Positions 50,109 to 58,286 of a stretch of DNA of 64,000 nucleotides are shown here, in pieces. Made by a program: the position numbers and the translations under genes. The notes under the pieces were generated by a model. It was given only the letters and a program-made list of their open reading frames with translations, did not search any database and had not been told where the DNA came from. Origin of the DNA: an uncultured bacterium (GTDB lineage Bacteria; Abyssobacteria; SURF-5); assembly GCA_964607485.1 (NCBI GenBank), contig CAZSKP010000004.1, positions 32,001 through 96,000 on the forward strand. The letters are read 5' to 3'. Positions within the stretch are counted from its first letter, which is position 1. Each line of letters begins with the position of its first letter.

Positions 50109-50528
50109 ATGATGTCGGCCATGCTTTCCCAAAAAGCGGAAAAGAAAGTTCTTGTGGTGGACGACAATGAAGATGTTCTAGATTCAATCAAGATTCTCCT
50201 TGAGCTTATCGGATTGAAGGTCAAGGCGATGAGGGGTGGAGAAGAAGCCATTGAGGAGATTAAAGGTCACAAATATGATCTGTTGGTCTTTGATGTCGCC
50301 ATGCCGGGGATTGATGGAGTTGAATTGTATAAAGTAGTCAAGAGCAGCGAAGAACACAAGAACACCCCAGTACTGTTCACTTCTGGATTCCCCAGCTGGA
50401 TCGAGCCTGAGGAACAAAGAAGGAAGATATTCAGCAAAGCAGAGGCCTATATTCAGAAGCCTTTCAATACGGACGCTTTCATCGAAACGATTCAAGGGCT
50501 CTTGAAGGTACGGGATTCTATCACATGA
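50109..50528 (+). CDS. Single-domain response regulator (receiver)
   Basis: 'VLVVDD', phospho-Asp 'FDVAMPGIDG', 'FTSG', 'YIQKPF'. Confidence 0.9.
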   Translation: MMSAMLSQKAEKKVLVVDDNEDVLDSIKILLELIGLKVKAMRGGEEAIEEIKGHKYDLLVFDVAMPGIDGVELYKVVKSSEEHKNTPVLFTSGFPSWIEPEEQRRKIFSKAEAYIQKPFNTDAFIETIQGLLKVRDSIT

Positions 50529-50604
50529 ATAGGTCCAATTATTTCATGACGACCATTGGCCTGACGGCTCAGAGGCATACGCAGGGAACCTCAGGAGAGG
50601 ATAG

Positions 50605-50865
50605 ATGCTTGATTGGATAATTATCACGCTGGCTTTAGTTTCTTTGATCCCCCTATTGACTGAGTTTCGGGTCAGATGGTTTTCACGGAAAAGGAAAGAT
50701 CCCCATATTTATGAGCAACTGGCAAAGACCGTCAACAGAATAGCGAACGATGCACACAAAGATGAGGAATTATCAGCTGTTAGGAAACGCCTTAAGAAAT
50801 TTTCGGGGACTGGCCAGAGCGATAAGCGAATCTCCAGAATCGAACAGACAGTCCCGTCAATCTGA
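50605..50865 (+). CDS. Hypothetical protein with an N-terminal membrane anchor
   Basis: 86 aa; RBS GGAGAGGA; hydrophobic N-terminus followed by a basic stretch. Confidence 0.55.
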   Translation: MLDWIIITLALVSLIPLLTEFRVRWFSRKRKDPHIYEQLAKTVNRIANDAHKDEELSAVRKRLKKFSGTGQSDKRISRIEQTVPSI

Positions 50866-50979
50866 AACTTGCCGGACTCAGAGCATCAAGTCGATTCTAA
50901 TACAGCGATTGAATAGACCAGTTTCCTAAAAGGCAATCCATCGATGTGCACTTTAAAGGTTTCCTAAGGGAGATTTGGA

Positions 50980-51444
50980 ATGCCTGCCAAGAGAATCTTT
51001 GAGGGTTTGAGCAAGCCTGAGATAAACCGCATATTCGATTTGGGCGTGATTCGCCCAATTAACGAAGGAGAACTGATATTTCGCAAGGGCGACATCGGCC
51101 AAGAAATGTATATCATATTGACGGGAATGATTAATATTGTTGATGAGTTGAAAGCCAATGCTTTAGGAATTATTGCGGAATTGGGGCCCGGCGAGGTCCT
51201 CGGCGAAGTCGCGATATTTGGGGAACCCCATAAGCACTCGGCCCACGCCATTGCCAAGGAACGGACGCAGGTTCTCGTGCTGAGCGAGAAGATGCTAAAC
51301 GAGCTGTTTGAAAAAGATATTCCAAAGAAATTCCTTATGAATATTATCAAGATACTCTGTCATCGTCTTAGGGTCACTAACCGCATGTACATGATCGCCA
51401 AATTCAGCGACAAACTTCTCCCGAAGGAAAGATCAGTGGAATGA
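50980..51444 (+). CDS. Stand-alone cyclic nucleotide-binding domain protein
   Basis: 'GELIFRKGDIGQEMYIILTG', 'LGPGEVLGEVA', 'SAHAIA'. Confidence 0.85.
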   Translation: MPAKRIFEGLSKPEINRIFDLGVIRPINEGELIFRKGDIGQEMYIILTGMINIVDELKANALGIIAELGPGEVLGEVAIFGEPHKHSAHAIAKERTQVLVLSEKMLNELFEKDIPKKFLMNIIKILCHRLRVTNRMYMIAKFSDKLLPKERSVE

Positions 51445-51495
51445 AGTTGCAGTAGGTCTAATCGTTCGAAATCGCGGCCAAAATCTCCAACTCTA

Positions 51496-51666
51496 CCACC
51501 GGTCCGATCGTTCATTGGTGAGTTTCAATTCTTGACTGATTTTCGCTTATCAAGAACCGAATTCTCAGCCTCCAGAAGCGTAGAATTCCCCCCTCCCTGA
51601 GAAGTTTCTTCGCCCCTCCAAATCTCAAACTCTCAGTGGCAAGATCCCTTTGCATTCTGATATACT
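51496..51666 (+). repeat. Dispersed intergenic repeat, copy H (internally deleted core + downstream arm ending in TGaTATACT)
   Basis: CCACCGGTCCGATCGTTCA....TTTCAATTCTTGACTGATTTTCGC ... TGCATTCTGATATACT. Confidence 0.6.
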
Positions 51667-51689
51667 GAACTCAAAGAAAAGGTGATGCC

Positions 51690-52499
51690 ATGGCAAAAAT
51701 CACAATTGACGGAATTGAGCTCTACTATGAGCTACATGGTTCTGAAGGCCCCTATCTAACCCTCATCTGCGGTCTTGGCTCTCATTTGGCCGCCTGGGAT
51801 TTGGAGCTTGTTGAAGAGCTCTCTAAGAAGACACAATTAGTTCTGTTTGATAATCGAGGGGCAGGACGCAGCGACAAGCCGGATGTCGATTATTCAATTC
51901 AGATGCACGCAGACGATGCTGCAGGTTTGATCGATGCGCTTGGCATCGCAAGGTCTCATATCCTGGGAGCGTCCATGGGAGGAATGATCGCCCAGGAATT
52001 TGCTCTACGCCATTCTGACAGGACAGAAAGCCTCATACTGTGTTGCACGGCTCCCGGTGGAGACATGATGGTCCCGCCCGAGCAGGAAGTTATCCAAAAA
52101 CTTGCTCAAGTAGATGGACTAACCCCGGAAGAAATCTGGCGCAAGAACCTTCCCCTCAGTTTCACGAAGGAGTTCATCCAGAATAATGAAGAGTGGCTCG
52201 ACGAGAAAATGCGTCGAGAGCTTCCATACACTGCGCCACCGTTCTCCTTCAAACGCCAAATGGCGGCGGCAATGCGGCATGATGCTTATGATCGTCTGCC
52301 AGACATAAAATGCCCGACATTAGTGATGACCGGGACAAAGGACATCCTTATTCCACCGCAGAACTCGGATCTTATTGCATCTCAGATCCATGAGGCGGTG
52401 CTTAAGAGGTATGAGTCTGTGGGCCACGCATTCATGACAGAGGTTAGAGAAGAAGTGGTGCGTGACATCCTGGATTTTGTGACGCAAAGCCCTTCTTGA
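51690..52499 (+). CDS. Alpha/beta hydrolase
   Basis: 'FDNRGAGRS', 'GASMGG', 'PTLVMTGTKD', 'GH'. Confidence 0.9.
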   Translation: MAKITIDGIELYYELHGSEGPYLTLICGLGSHLAAWDLELVEELSKKTQLVLFDNRGAGRSDKPDVDYSIQMHADDAAGLIDALGIARSHILGASMGGMIAQEFALRHSDRTESLILCCTAPGGDMMVPPEQEVIQKLAQVDGLTPEEIWRKNLPLSFTKEFIQNNEEWLDEKMRRELPYTAPPFSFKRQMAAAMRHDAYDRLPDIKCPTLVMTGTKDILIPPQNSDLIASQIHEAVLKRYESVGHAFMTEVREEVVRDILDFVTQSPS

Positions 52500-52514
52500 T
52501 AGATCGCAGATTCT

Positions 52515-52612
52515 AAGATTCCCCGGAATAACAGTTGAAAACTTCACTCCGCCGTTTTTCCATAGGTGCACATTTCACCCATCCGATTGCCTAAATATCG
52601 CTCTCAGCTAGT
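52515..52612 (+). repeat. Dispersed intergenic repeat, copy I (upstream arm + partial core)
   Basis: AAGATTCCCCGGAATAACAGTTGAAAACTTCACT...GTGCACATTTCACCCATCCGATTGCCTAAATATCGCTCTCAGCTAGT. Confidence 0.75.
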
Positions 52613-52741
52613 CCAGACCGAGATGCAGCTCCCATCCTTTCAATTTCCTAAATTTCGTCTTCGCTCATTTTGGGCAACCTCTCCCTATCTTGACTCTTGA
52701 ACGGAACGGCACCTGCCAGCCTGCTATGCTTGTGCTGGCGG

Positions 52742-53209
52742 TTATCTCAGATCAGCGAGGACTTTATCCGCCACCTGTCGAGCGGCTTCTTTTCGCTCGG
52801 CTTCCGGGACATCGTCAATATTCATGAGGTCTGAATATTTGCGATATATACTGAGGCCGTCGAAAATGCGCAGGCTCTCCCCACCAATCAGGTTTTTCAT
52901 GATTCGGCCATGACAATGCATGAAGCAGCCATCAATCACTACAAACTTTTCAGCCTCCCTTGCCCATTTCGCTATAGCCGAATCGGGGGCCGTGAATATT
53001 TCTCCGTGGCAGCTGCGTGCAAACGGTTCTTCCTTTGCCACCATGTTAGCTGCGAGCCTGGCAATTTCCCCACGGATGCATCCACCTTCGCATGAAATGA
53101 CCGGTATTTTCCCCTGCGCGAGCATCGCATTCCCCGCAGTTTCTCCAACCGGGCAGACATTTGTCGCGCTTTGAACTTCGAGACTAAAACTTCTTTTTGA
53201 CTCACTCAT
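52742..53209 (-). CDS. DGC-domain putative zinc-binding protein
   Basis: 'VISCEGGCIRGE', 'RSC', 'VVIDGCFMHC'. Confidence 0.8.
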   Translation of the reverse strand: MSESKRSFSLEVQSATNVCPVGETAGNAMLAQGKIPVISCEGGCIRGEIARLAANMVAKEEPFARSCHGEIFTAPDSAIAKWAREAEKFVVIDGCFMHCHGRIMKNLIGGESLRIFDGLSIYRKYSDLMNIDDVPEAERKEAARQVADKVLADLR

Positions 53210-53355
53210 GACAGCCTCCTCGCCTGGCCATCCGCAGTTATGGCCACGGCATTGTGATTGCGAACGTTTTTCTTGATCCCATCGCTCCTCGGAACCTTGC
53301 CTACCGTCTGAGAAATCGTTCCATCTCCGCCACAGCCTCCAGAGTCTGTAGCCAT
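53206..53355 (-). CDS. 49-aa ORF, possibly a relic of an ArsM-like N-terminus
   Basis: MATDSGGCGGDGTISQTVGKVPRSDGIKKNVRNHNAVAITADGQARRLS*. Its stop overlaps the DGC start (ATGA). Confidence 0.35.
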   Translation of the reverse strand: MATDSGGCGGDGTISQTVGKVPRSDGIKKNVRNHNAVAITADGQARRLS

Positions 53356-53450
53356 TGTCTTTACTCTTTCTTTTTGGCCGAAGAACTTTTAAGATCTTTA
53401 GTCCACTCGCACTTCACTTGACTATAATGGCACGGTGATTCCTCGAGCCA

Positions 53451-53768
53451 TCAGTTTTTGCTTTTCCACCTTATGCGGCTGAAGACACCGATCCACAAGC
53501 CGAACGCTATCATCGCGAGCGGCCAAAACTGTTCCGCCTGAATCCATCCCACGGTATCGGCCAACCAGAGCAGGCCAATCGCGATGAGCAGGATTCCGAA
53601 CCGGCTATGTGAGCCTCTGCCGGCCCTGGCGCGGCCGCCACACCAATCCCAGCAGCTCCAGTCGGTATTGGCGCTACGCTTTTCAGCGGCCTGCCCTGAT
53701 GCGGACTCGTCGCGAGGCTGCTGTTGCCCCAAGTCTGCTGCCTGAGAGGTTCCAGACTTCTTATTCAT
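53451..53768 (-). CDS. Small membrane protein with a LiaF/DUF5668-like two-TM hairpin
   Basis: 'FGILLIAIGLLWLA..VGWI....FWPLAMIAFGLWI'; N-terminal CWDWC. Confidence 0.7.
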   Translation of the reverse strand: MNKKSGTSQAADLGQQQPRDESASGQAAEKRSANTDWSCWDWCGGRARAGRGSHSRFGILLIAIGLLWLADTVGWIQAEQFWPLAMIAFGLWIGVFSRIRWKSKN

Positions 53769-53808
53769 TGTCCTGCTCCTTTCCCTGCTTCCTGAGTGTA
53801 GCCCTACA

Positions 53809-53877
53809 TTATCCGCAACAGCCGGGCGCCTGTTTCGACTCGCTGGACGAGGAAGTCTCCGAAACGGGTTTCCTCAT
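53809..53877 (-). CDS. Candidate 22-aa Cys-tailed micro-protein
   Basis: RBS AAGGAG, then MRKPVSETSSSSESKQAPGCCG*; it fills the gap between two operon genes. Confidence 0.4.
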   Translation of the reverse strand: MRKPVSETSSSSESKQAPGCCG

Positions 53878-53903
53878 CGAACTCCTTTATCCTCGCCTAT
53901 CCG

Positions 53904-54167
53904 CTAGGTCGCACTCCAGCGCGGATCGATACCGTCCTCGACCCGTATCCCCAATGCTTTCCCTTCTGCCACGGCCTTTTGGATATCCTCCTTCGTAACG
54001 CCAGTTGCCTTGAGCTCGGGGATGATCTCGTCTAAGCATTGATCGCAACCAGCACTCGCGGCTACGCCTGCCATAGACAAGAGCGCAATCTTGTGGTCGA
54101 TAATATTTGACGCCCATCTTCCAGTCTTGTTCTTCTTACCGTTACGTTCCTCAATTTTCGTTTGCAT
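53904..54167 (-). CDS. Carboxymuconolactone decarboxylase/AhpD-like small protein
   Basis: 'GVAASAGCDQCL', 'GVTKEDI..AV..G' (CxxC, CMD-like pattern). Confidence 0.65.
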   Translation of the reverse strand: MQTKIEERNGKKNKTGRWASNIIDHKIALLSMAGVAASAGCDQCLDEIIPELKATGVTKEDIQKAVAEGKALGIRVEDGIDPRWSAT

Positions 54168-54231
54168 GATCCCGCTCCTTCCTGATGGCCGGACACTTCC
54201 TCTTATCTAAATATCTCTATTTAACGAACTA

Positions 54232-54597
54232 TTAGCCCAAAAAATTTTTCCCCCGATCCCCAGGCTCAGCGACAAATCGGTCCAGGAATCCAGCAAGCTT
54301 TGTGACTGAATTGAGGTTTATTGTGTAATATACCCACCTTCCCCGCTTATGCCGCTCTAGCAATCCTGCTGTATGGAGCTCCTTGAGATATTGCGATATA
54401 GTCGATGGCGCCATCTCAAACTGCTCGCCAAGCTTATCCACACAGCATACAGAATTTTCCTTTACGTCAAGCGCCTCGGCGCATTCTGAATAATTGGCGT
54501 ATTGCGACTGGATCTTCCGGATGGCCTGGAACATTTTGAGCCTATTCTCATTGCAAAGGGCTTTGAAGATCCTGACTAACTGTTCCTGATTCATCAT
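54232..54597 (-). CDS. ArsR/SmtB family metalloregulator
   Basis: 'FKALCNENRLKM', 'VCCV', 'PSTISQYLKELHTAGL', 'GRWVYY'. Confidence 0.9.
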   Translation of the reverse strand: MMNQEQLVRIFKALCNENRLKMFQAIRKIQSQYANYSECAEALDVKENSVCCVDKLGEQFEMAPSTISQYLKELHTAGLLERHKRGRWVYYTINLNSVTKLAGFLDRFVAEPGDRGKNFLG

Positions 54598-54611
54598 GCT
54601 CCAACTCCGTT

Positions 54612-54670
54612 AATTCGCAATATTGCGTATTTTCGATATACATTCTATCACCCAATACAGGCTTTGTCAA
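54612..54670 (-). promoter_or_regulatory. Promoter and palindromic operator of the ArsR operon
   Basis: Minus strand TTGACA (54670-54665), 17 nt, TAGAAT (54647-54642). Near-perfect palindrome AATTCGCAATATTGCGTATT at 54612-54631. Confidence 0.7.
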
Positions 54671-54843
54671 GTATTTTTTTGCACGATGCCAAAAAAATTG
54701 AGCGCCAGCAATGTAAACCTCTTCGTTTCAAATATTTACATGACATGAAGGGACTTTCCGAAGAAGAATCTTTCCTATTCCAAACCTCCTCCGATGTTTT
54801 GAGGTCATCGGCCTCGAGAGATGTCTCCCATAATTTCCCGTGG

Positions 54844-55003
54844 GCCAACACCCATTCAGCAACAGAAGCGGACGAGATAGATTTCTGAGAATACTTGTTA
54901 AACGCTTCACTTCTCCGGCTTTTATGAAAGTGCACATTTCACCCATCCGATTGTGCAAACGTTGCTTTCCGCTAATGCAGATAACGTTTTCGACTCTGCA
55001 CTG
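54844..55003 (+). repeat. Dispersed intergenic repeat, copy J (long upstream arm + core)
   Basis: ACCCATTCAGCAACAGAAGCGGACGAGATAGATTTCTGAGAATA...GAAAGTGCACATTTCACCCATCCGATTG...CGTTTTCGACTCTGCACT. Confidence 0.8.
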
Positions 55004-55302
55004 AGTCTCTGGTCTTCGAAGGCTAGTTCTTCGCCTCGAGAAGGAGAGAATTCCACCGTTCCCGCCAGAAAACTTCACACCCGATTACATCCCCGATTCA
55101 TGGAAAGCCGGCTCATATGATCGGGTTTGACTTGACCCATTGTTGTGGTATGATATTCTTTCAGATTTGCCGTTAGCGACCTCGTAGCCGTGTCCCGGGA
55201 GGGGATACCATGGCGCAGGGGTTGTTATCATAGAGAAAAGGTGAAAGACAAAATTCAGGACTGGATTTCAAGCGCGCGCGTCTGCCCCGCACGCTTTTCC
55301 CC

Positions 55303-56478
55303 ATGACCCCAAAAGAACGCGTCCGTACCGCTATTGCGCACAGAGAACCTGACAGGGTTCCCGTGTTCGAACTCACCATCAACTCGCCGGCCGCCTCTGA
55401 TATCATGGGACGCCAAATGTACGTCGGCTTTGGCGGATGGCTCGTCGCCAAACAGTTCTCCGAATGGATGGCCGAGGGACGCAGCCTCGAGCTGGCGGTC
55501 AAGATATTCCAGGATACGATCAAGCTGTACGAACACCTCGAACTCGATATCTTCCCGCTGCCCACGCTTCCCCTGACCGACGAGTCGGTGGAGCCCGTGG
55601 GCGAGAACCGCTGGCGCTACACCGATCCGGCCTCCGGCTTCTGGCGCGTCATCACCTACGAGCCCGGTTCCGATTACCATGGCGAGATCGACTCGAAGAT
55701 CAAGCGGGAGGGCATGCCCGCCCTGCGGCAATACGTCGAGCACCTGGAGCAAAACCCGTCGATCGTATCGCCCGAGCTGGCCGCCGGCCTGAAGGCAGTC
55801 CTCGAGCCCGCGACCGAGCGGTTCTTCGTGCTGGGCCAGGCCGACGTGCTGCTGCCGACCGGCGAGAGCTGGTTTCCGCTGTTTCTCGAAGCGATGGCCC
55901 TCGAGCCCGAGTTGATCGAACGATACGTCGAGGTGACCACCACGTCGATGCTCGACCTGATCGACGCACAGGTCGAGGCGGGCGCCGACGGGTTCATCGG
56001 CGGCACCGATATCGCGCACCACACGAACACGATGTTCTCGCCCGCCATGTTCCGGCGCTTCATGGCACCGCAGCTCCGTCGCATAACGGAGCGGTGCCAC
56101 GCGCACGACGTACCGTTTTTCAAGCACACCGACGGCAACATCGCCGCCATCGAAGAGGACTTGCTGCTCGGCTGCGGAATCGACGGCTACCACGCGATCG
56201 AGCCGACGGCGGGCATGGACATCGCACGGCTCAAGAAGACGTATGGCGATAAGCTCACGCTGCTCGGCAACATCGACTGCGGTTCCCTGCTGACCGAGGG
56301 GCCGCCCGGGCGGATCGTCGATGCCGTGCGCCGATGCATACGCGATGCCGCGCCAGGCGGCGGATATGTGCTCAGCTCGAGCAACTCGATCCACAGCGGC
56401 GTGCCGACCGAGCACTTCCTCACGATGCTGCGGGCCGCGCGCGAGTATGGGACATATTCGATCGGAGCCGTGTCGTGA
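55303..56478 (+). CDS. Uroporphyrinogen decarboxylase (URO-D/MtaA-CmuA) family protein
   Basis: 'MTPKERV..AI.HREPDRVP', 'FSPAMFRRF', 'KHTDGN', 'LLGNIDC', 'PGGGYVLSSSNSIH'. Confidence 0.88.
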   Translation: MTPKERVRTAIAHREPDRVPVFELTINSPAASDIMGRQMYVGFGGWLVAKQFSEWMAEGRSLELAVKIFQDTIKLYEHLELDIFPLPTLPLTDESVEPVGENRWRYTDPASGFWRVITYEPGSDYHGEIDSKIKREGMPALRQYVEHLEQNPSIVSPELAAGLKAVLEPATERFFVLGQADVLLPTGESWFPLFLEAMALEPELIERYVEVTTTSMLDLIDAQVEAGADGFIGGTDIAHHTNTMFSPAMFRRFMAPQLRRITERCHAHDVPFFKHTDGNIAAIEEDLLLGCGIDGYHAIEPTAGMDIARLKKTYGDKLTLLGNIDCGSLLTEGPPGRIVDAVRRCIRDAAPGGGYVLSSSNSIHSGVPTEHFLTMLRAAREYGTYSIGAVS

Positions 56479-56542
56479 GCGATCTCGGGAGAAATTGCGA
56501 AAAACATAACTCTGTTTATCCATCTGTGGAGTTGGGAAAGAA

Positions 56543-57868
56543 ATGGAAAAGCTCGGCATGAATGAAAAGTCCCCGGCAGTGAAGCCCGGCAACAAGATGT
56601 TGAGGCTGGCCGCTGTAATTCTTCTTGTCCTCTTCGGATTTGTCCTGTTGATACTTGTCAAGACAAATCCGGGAAAGATGTGGAAGATATATACATTCTT
56701 TGACGAAGGCAAGAGGATCGAGAATTTCCGCCACTTAGAGCAAATCATGCCTGCCAAGAGGATAAGACGGTCGGGGTCGAAACACGAATTCGCGCGAAAT
56801 ATCCGCGAGCTCAACAAGACATATGAATTCAGGGGCGAGACCAGGAGTGTGGGCGGGTTCCTCGATCGAACCGTGACCACGGGATTTCTTGTCGTCAAGG
56901 ATGACGAGATCGTGACCGAAAAATATTTTCTCGGTGCGACTGAAGAGACGATGTTCACTTCGATGTCTGTGGCGAAATCGTTCGTGTCGGCGCTTGTCGG
57001 AATAGCGATCGATGAGGGATTTATCAAGGACGTCGATGATTCCATAACCGATTACGTCACCACCCTGAGAGGCTCAGGATACGACGGTGTTCCCATCAAG
57101 CATGTCCTTCAGATGTCATCCGGCGTGAAGTTCAACGAGGTATACGATGACCTGTTTTCGGACATCAACCTGCTCTTCTATAAAGTGTTCGGGTTGGGCC
57201 AGCCTATGGATGACTATATGGCAGGCCTCGGTGCCGAAAGTCCATCCGGCGAAACCAGTTATTACAGGAGCTGCGACACACAGGCGCTTGGCATGCTGAT
57301 CTCGGCGGCAACCGGGAAGTCGGTCTCAGAATACCTCGAGGAAAAAATCTGGGGCAGAATCGGAATGGAACATGATGCATTCTGGTCCACAGACGATCAT
57401 GGAACGGAGATAGCCTTCGGATTCCTGAACGCGGCGCTCCGCGATTATGCGAAATTCGGCACGCTGTACTTACACGGTGGAAGCTATAATGGCGAACAGA
57501 TCGTTTCCAAGGAATGGGTATCGGAATCCGTCACGCCGGATAATCCTCACCTTCAGCCGGGAGAAAAACCCAAAGGATACGAGACTTTCGGCAATTTCGG
57601 ATACCAGTACCAGTGGTGGATCCCAGACAATCCTGACGGTGAGTATTTGGCGATCGGAGTCTGGGGGCAATACATATATGTCTATCCGAAAGAAAACCTT
57701 GTTATTGTCAAAACGAGCGTCGATCCAGATTTCGAAGCGAACAATTATGAGCATGATGATGAAACTGTGACGCTCTGCCGCTCGATTGCGGCATTTCTCC
57801 GTGAGAATCACGCGGCAAACGACATGGAGCAAGCGAACCTGTCGGTCCCAACAAACGAATCGGAATAA
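56543..57868 (+). CDS. Serine hydrolase, beta-lactamase/AmpC-like family (membrane-anchored)
   Basis: SxxK 'SMSVAKS', 'LQMSSG', 'YRSCDT', 'GYQYQWW', 'GVWGQY'. Confidence 0.9.
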   Translation: MEKLGMNEKSPAVKPGNKMLRLAAVILLVLFGFVLLILVKTNPGKMWKIYTFFDEGKRIENFRHLEQIMPAKRIRRSGSKHEFARNIRELNKTYEFRGETRSVGGFLDRTVTTGFLVVKDDEIVTEKYFLGATEETMFTSMSVAKSFVSALVGIAIDEGFIKDVDDSITDYVTTLRGSGYDGVPIKHVLQMSSGVKFNEVYDDLFSDINLLFYKVFGLGQPMDDYMAGLGAESPSGETSYYRSCDTQALGMLISAATGKSVSEYLEEKIWGRIGMEHDAFWSTDDHGTEIAFGFLNAALRDYAKFGTLYLHGGSYNGEQIVSKEWVSESVTPDNPHLQPGEKPKGYETFGNFGYQYQWWIPDNPDGEYLAIGVWGQYIYVYPKENLVIVKTSVDPDFEANNYEHDDETVTLCRSIAAFLRENHAANDMEQANLSVPTNESE

Positions 57869-57890
57869 ATGGAACCACTGCCTTCCATCC

Positions 57891-58040
57891 GCCACTACCC
57901 ATTCAGCAATATAAGCGGAAGAAATAGTATCTGAGAATATTGTTGAAAGTGTGACTTTTTTTGCCTCTCTGAAAGTGTGACTTTCACCCATCCCATCGTT
58001 CAAATATCACTCTCAGCCAGTGAAGTTTGCGTTTTCACCT
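57891..58040 (+). repeat. Dispersed intergenic repeat, copy K (long upstream arm + core)
   Basis: ACCCATTCAGCAATATAAGCGGAAGAAATAGTATCTGAGAATA...GAAAGTGTGACTTTCACCCATCCCATCGTTCAAATATCACTCTCAGCCAGTG...CGTTTTCA. Confidence 0.8.
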
Positions 58041-58071
58041 CCGCGTGAACATATTCCCGGCCAAGCACCTG

Positions 58072-58286
58072 CTATCCATGCAGCGTTCGATCAGGGCTTT
58101 GGTATTGAATCGCTCCGGAGATGTGTTCGGCGCGGATGGTGTCGCTCTCGGCCAAGTCGGCGAAGGCGCGGACGACATTGAGGATGCGGTCGAGCAGCGG
58201 GCCGGAGATCTGCCGAGATACCGCTGCACCTGCCACGGCTGGCACGTGCATTCTTTTCTCGGATCGTCCAAATGTCCACAAAGGCA
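58072..58286 (-). pseudogene. comM: 3' relic of comM with a frameshift and an internal deletion
   Basis: CLCGHLDDPRKECTCQPWQVQRYLG, a frameshift near 58211, then ISGPLLDRI joined directly to LNVVRAFADLAESDTIRAEHISGAIQYQSPDR. These are ComM Zn-finger and C-terminal motifs. Confidence 0.85.

Noticed and set aside
55255-57045. 596-aa ORF on the - strand
   Set aside because: Antisense to the URO-D and serine hydrolase genes; no motifs.
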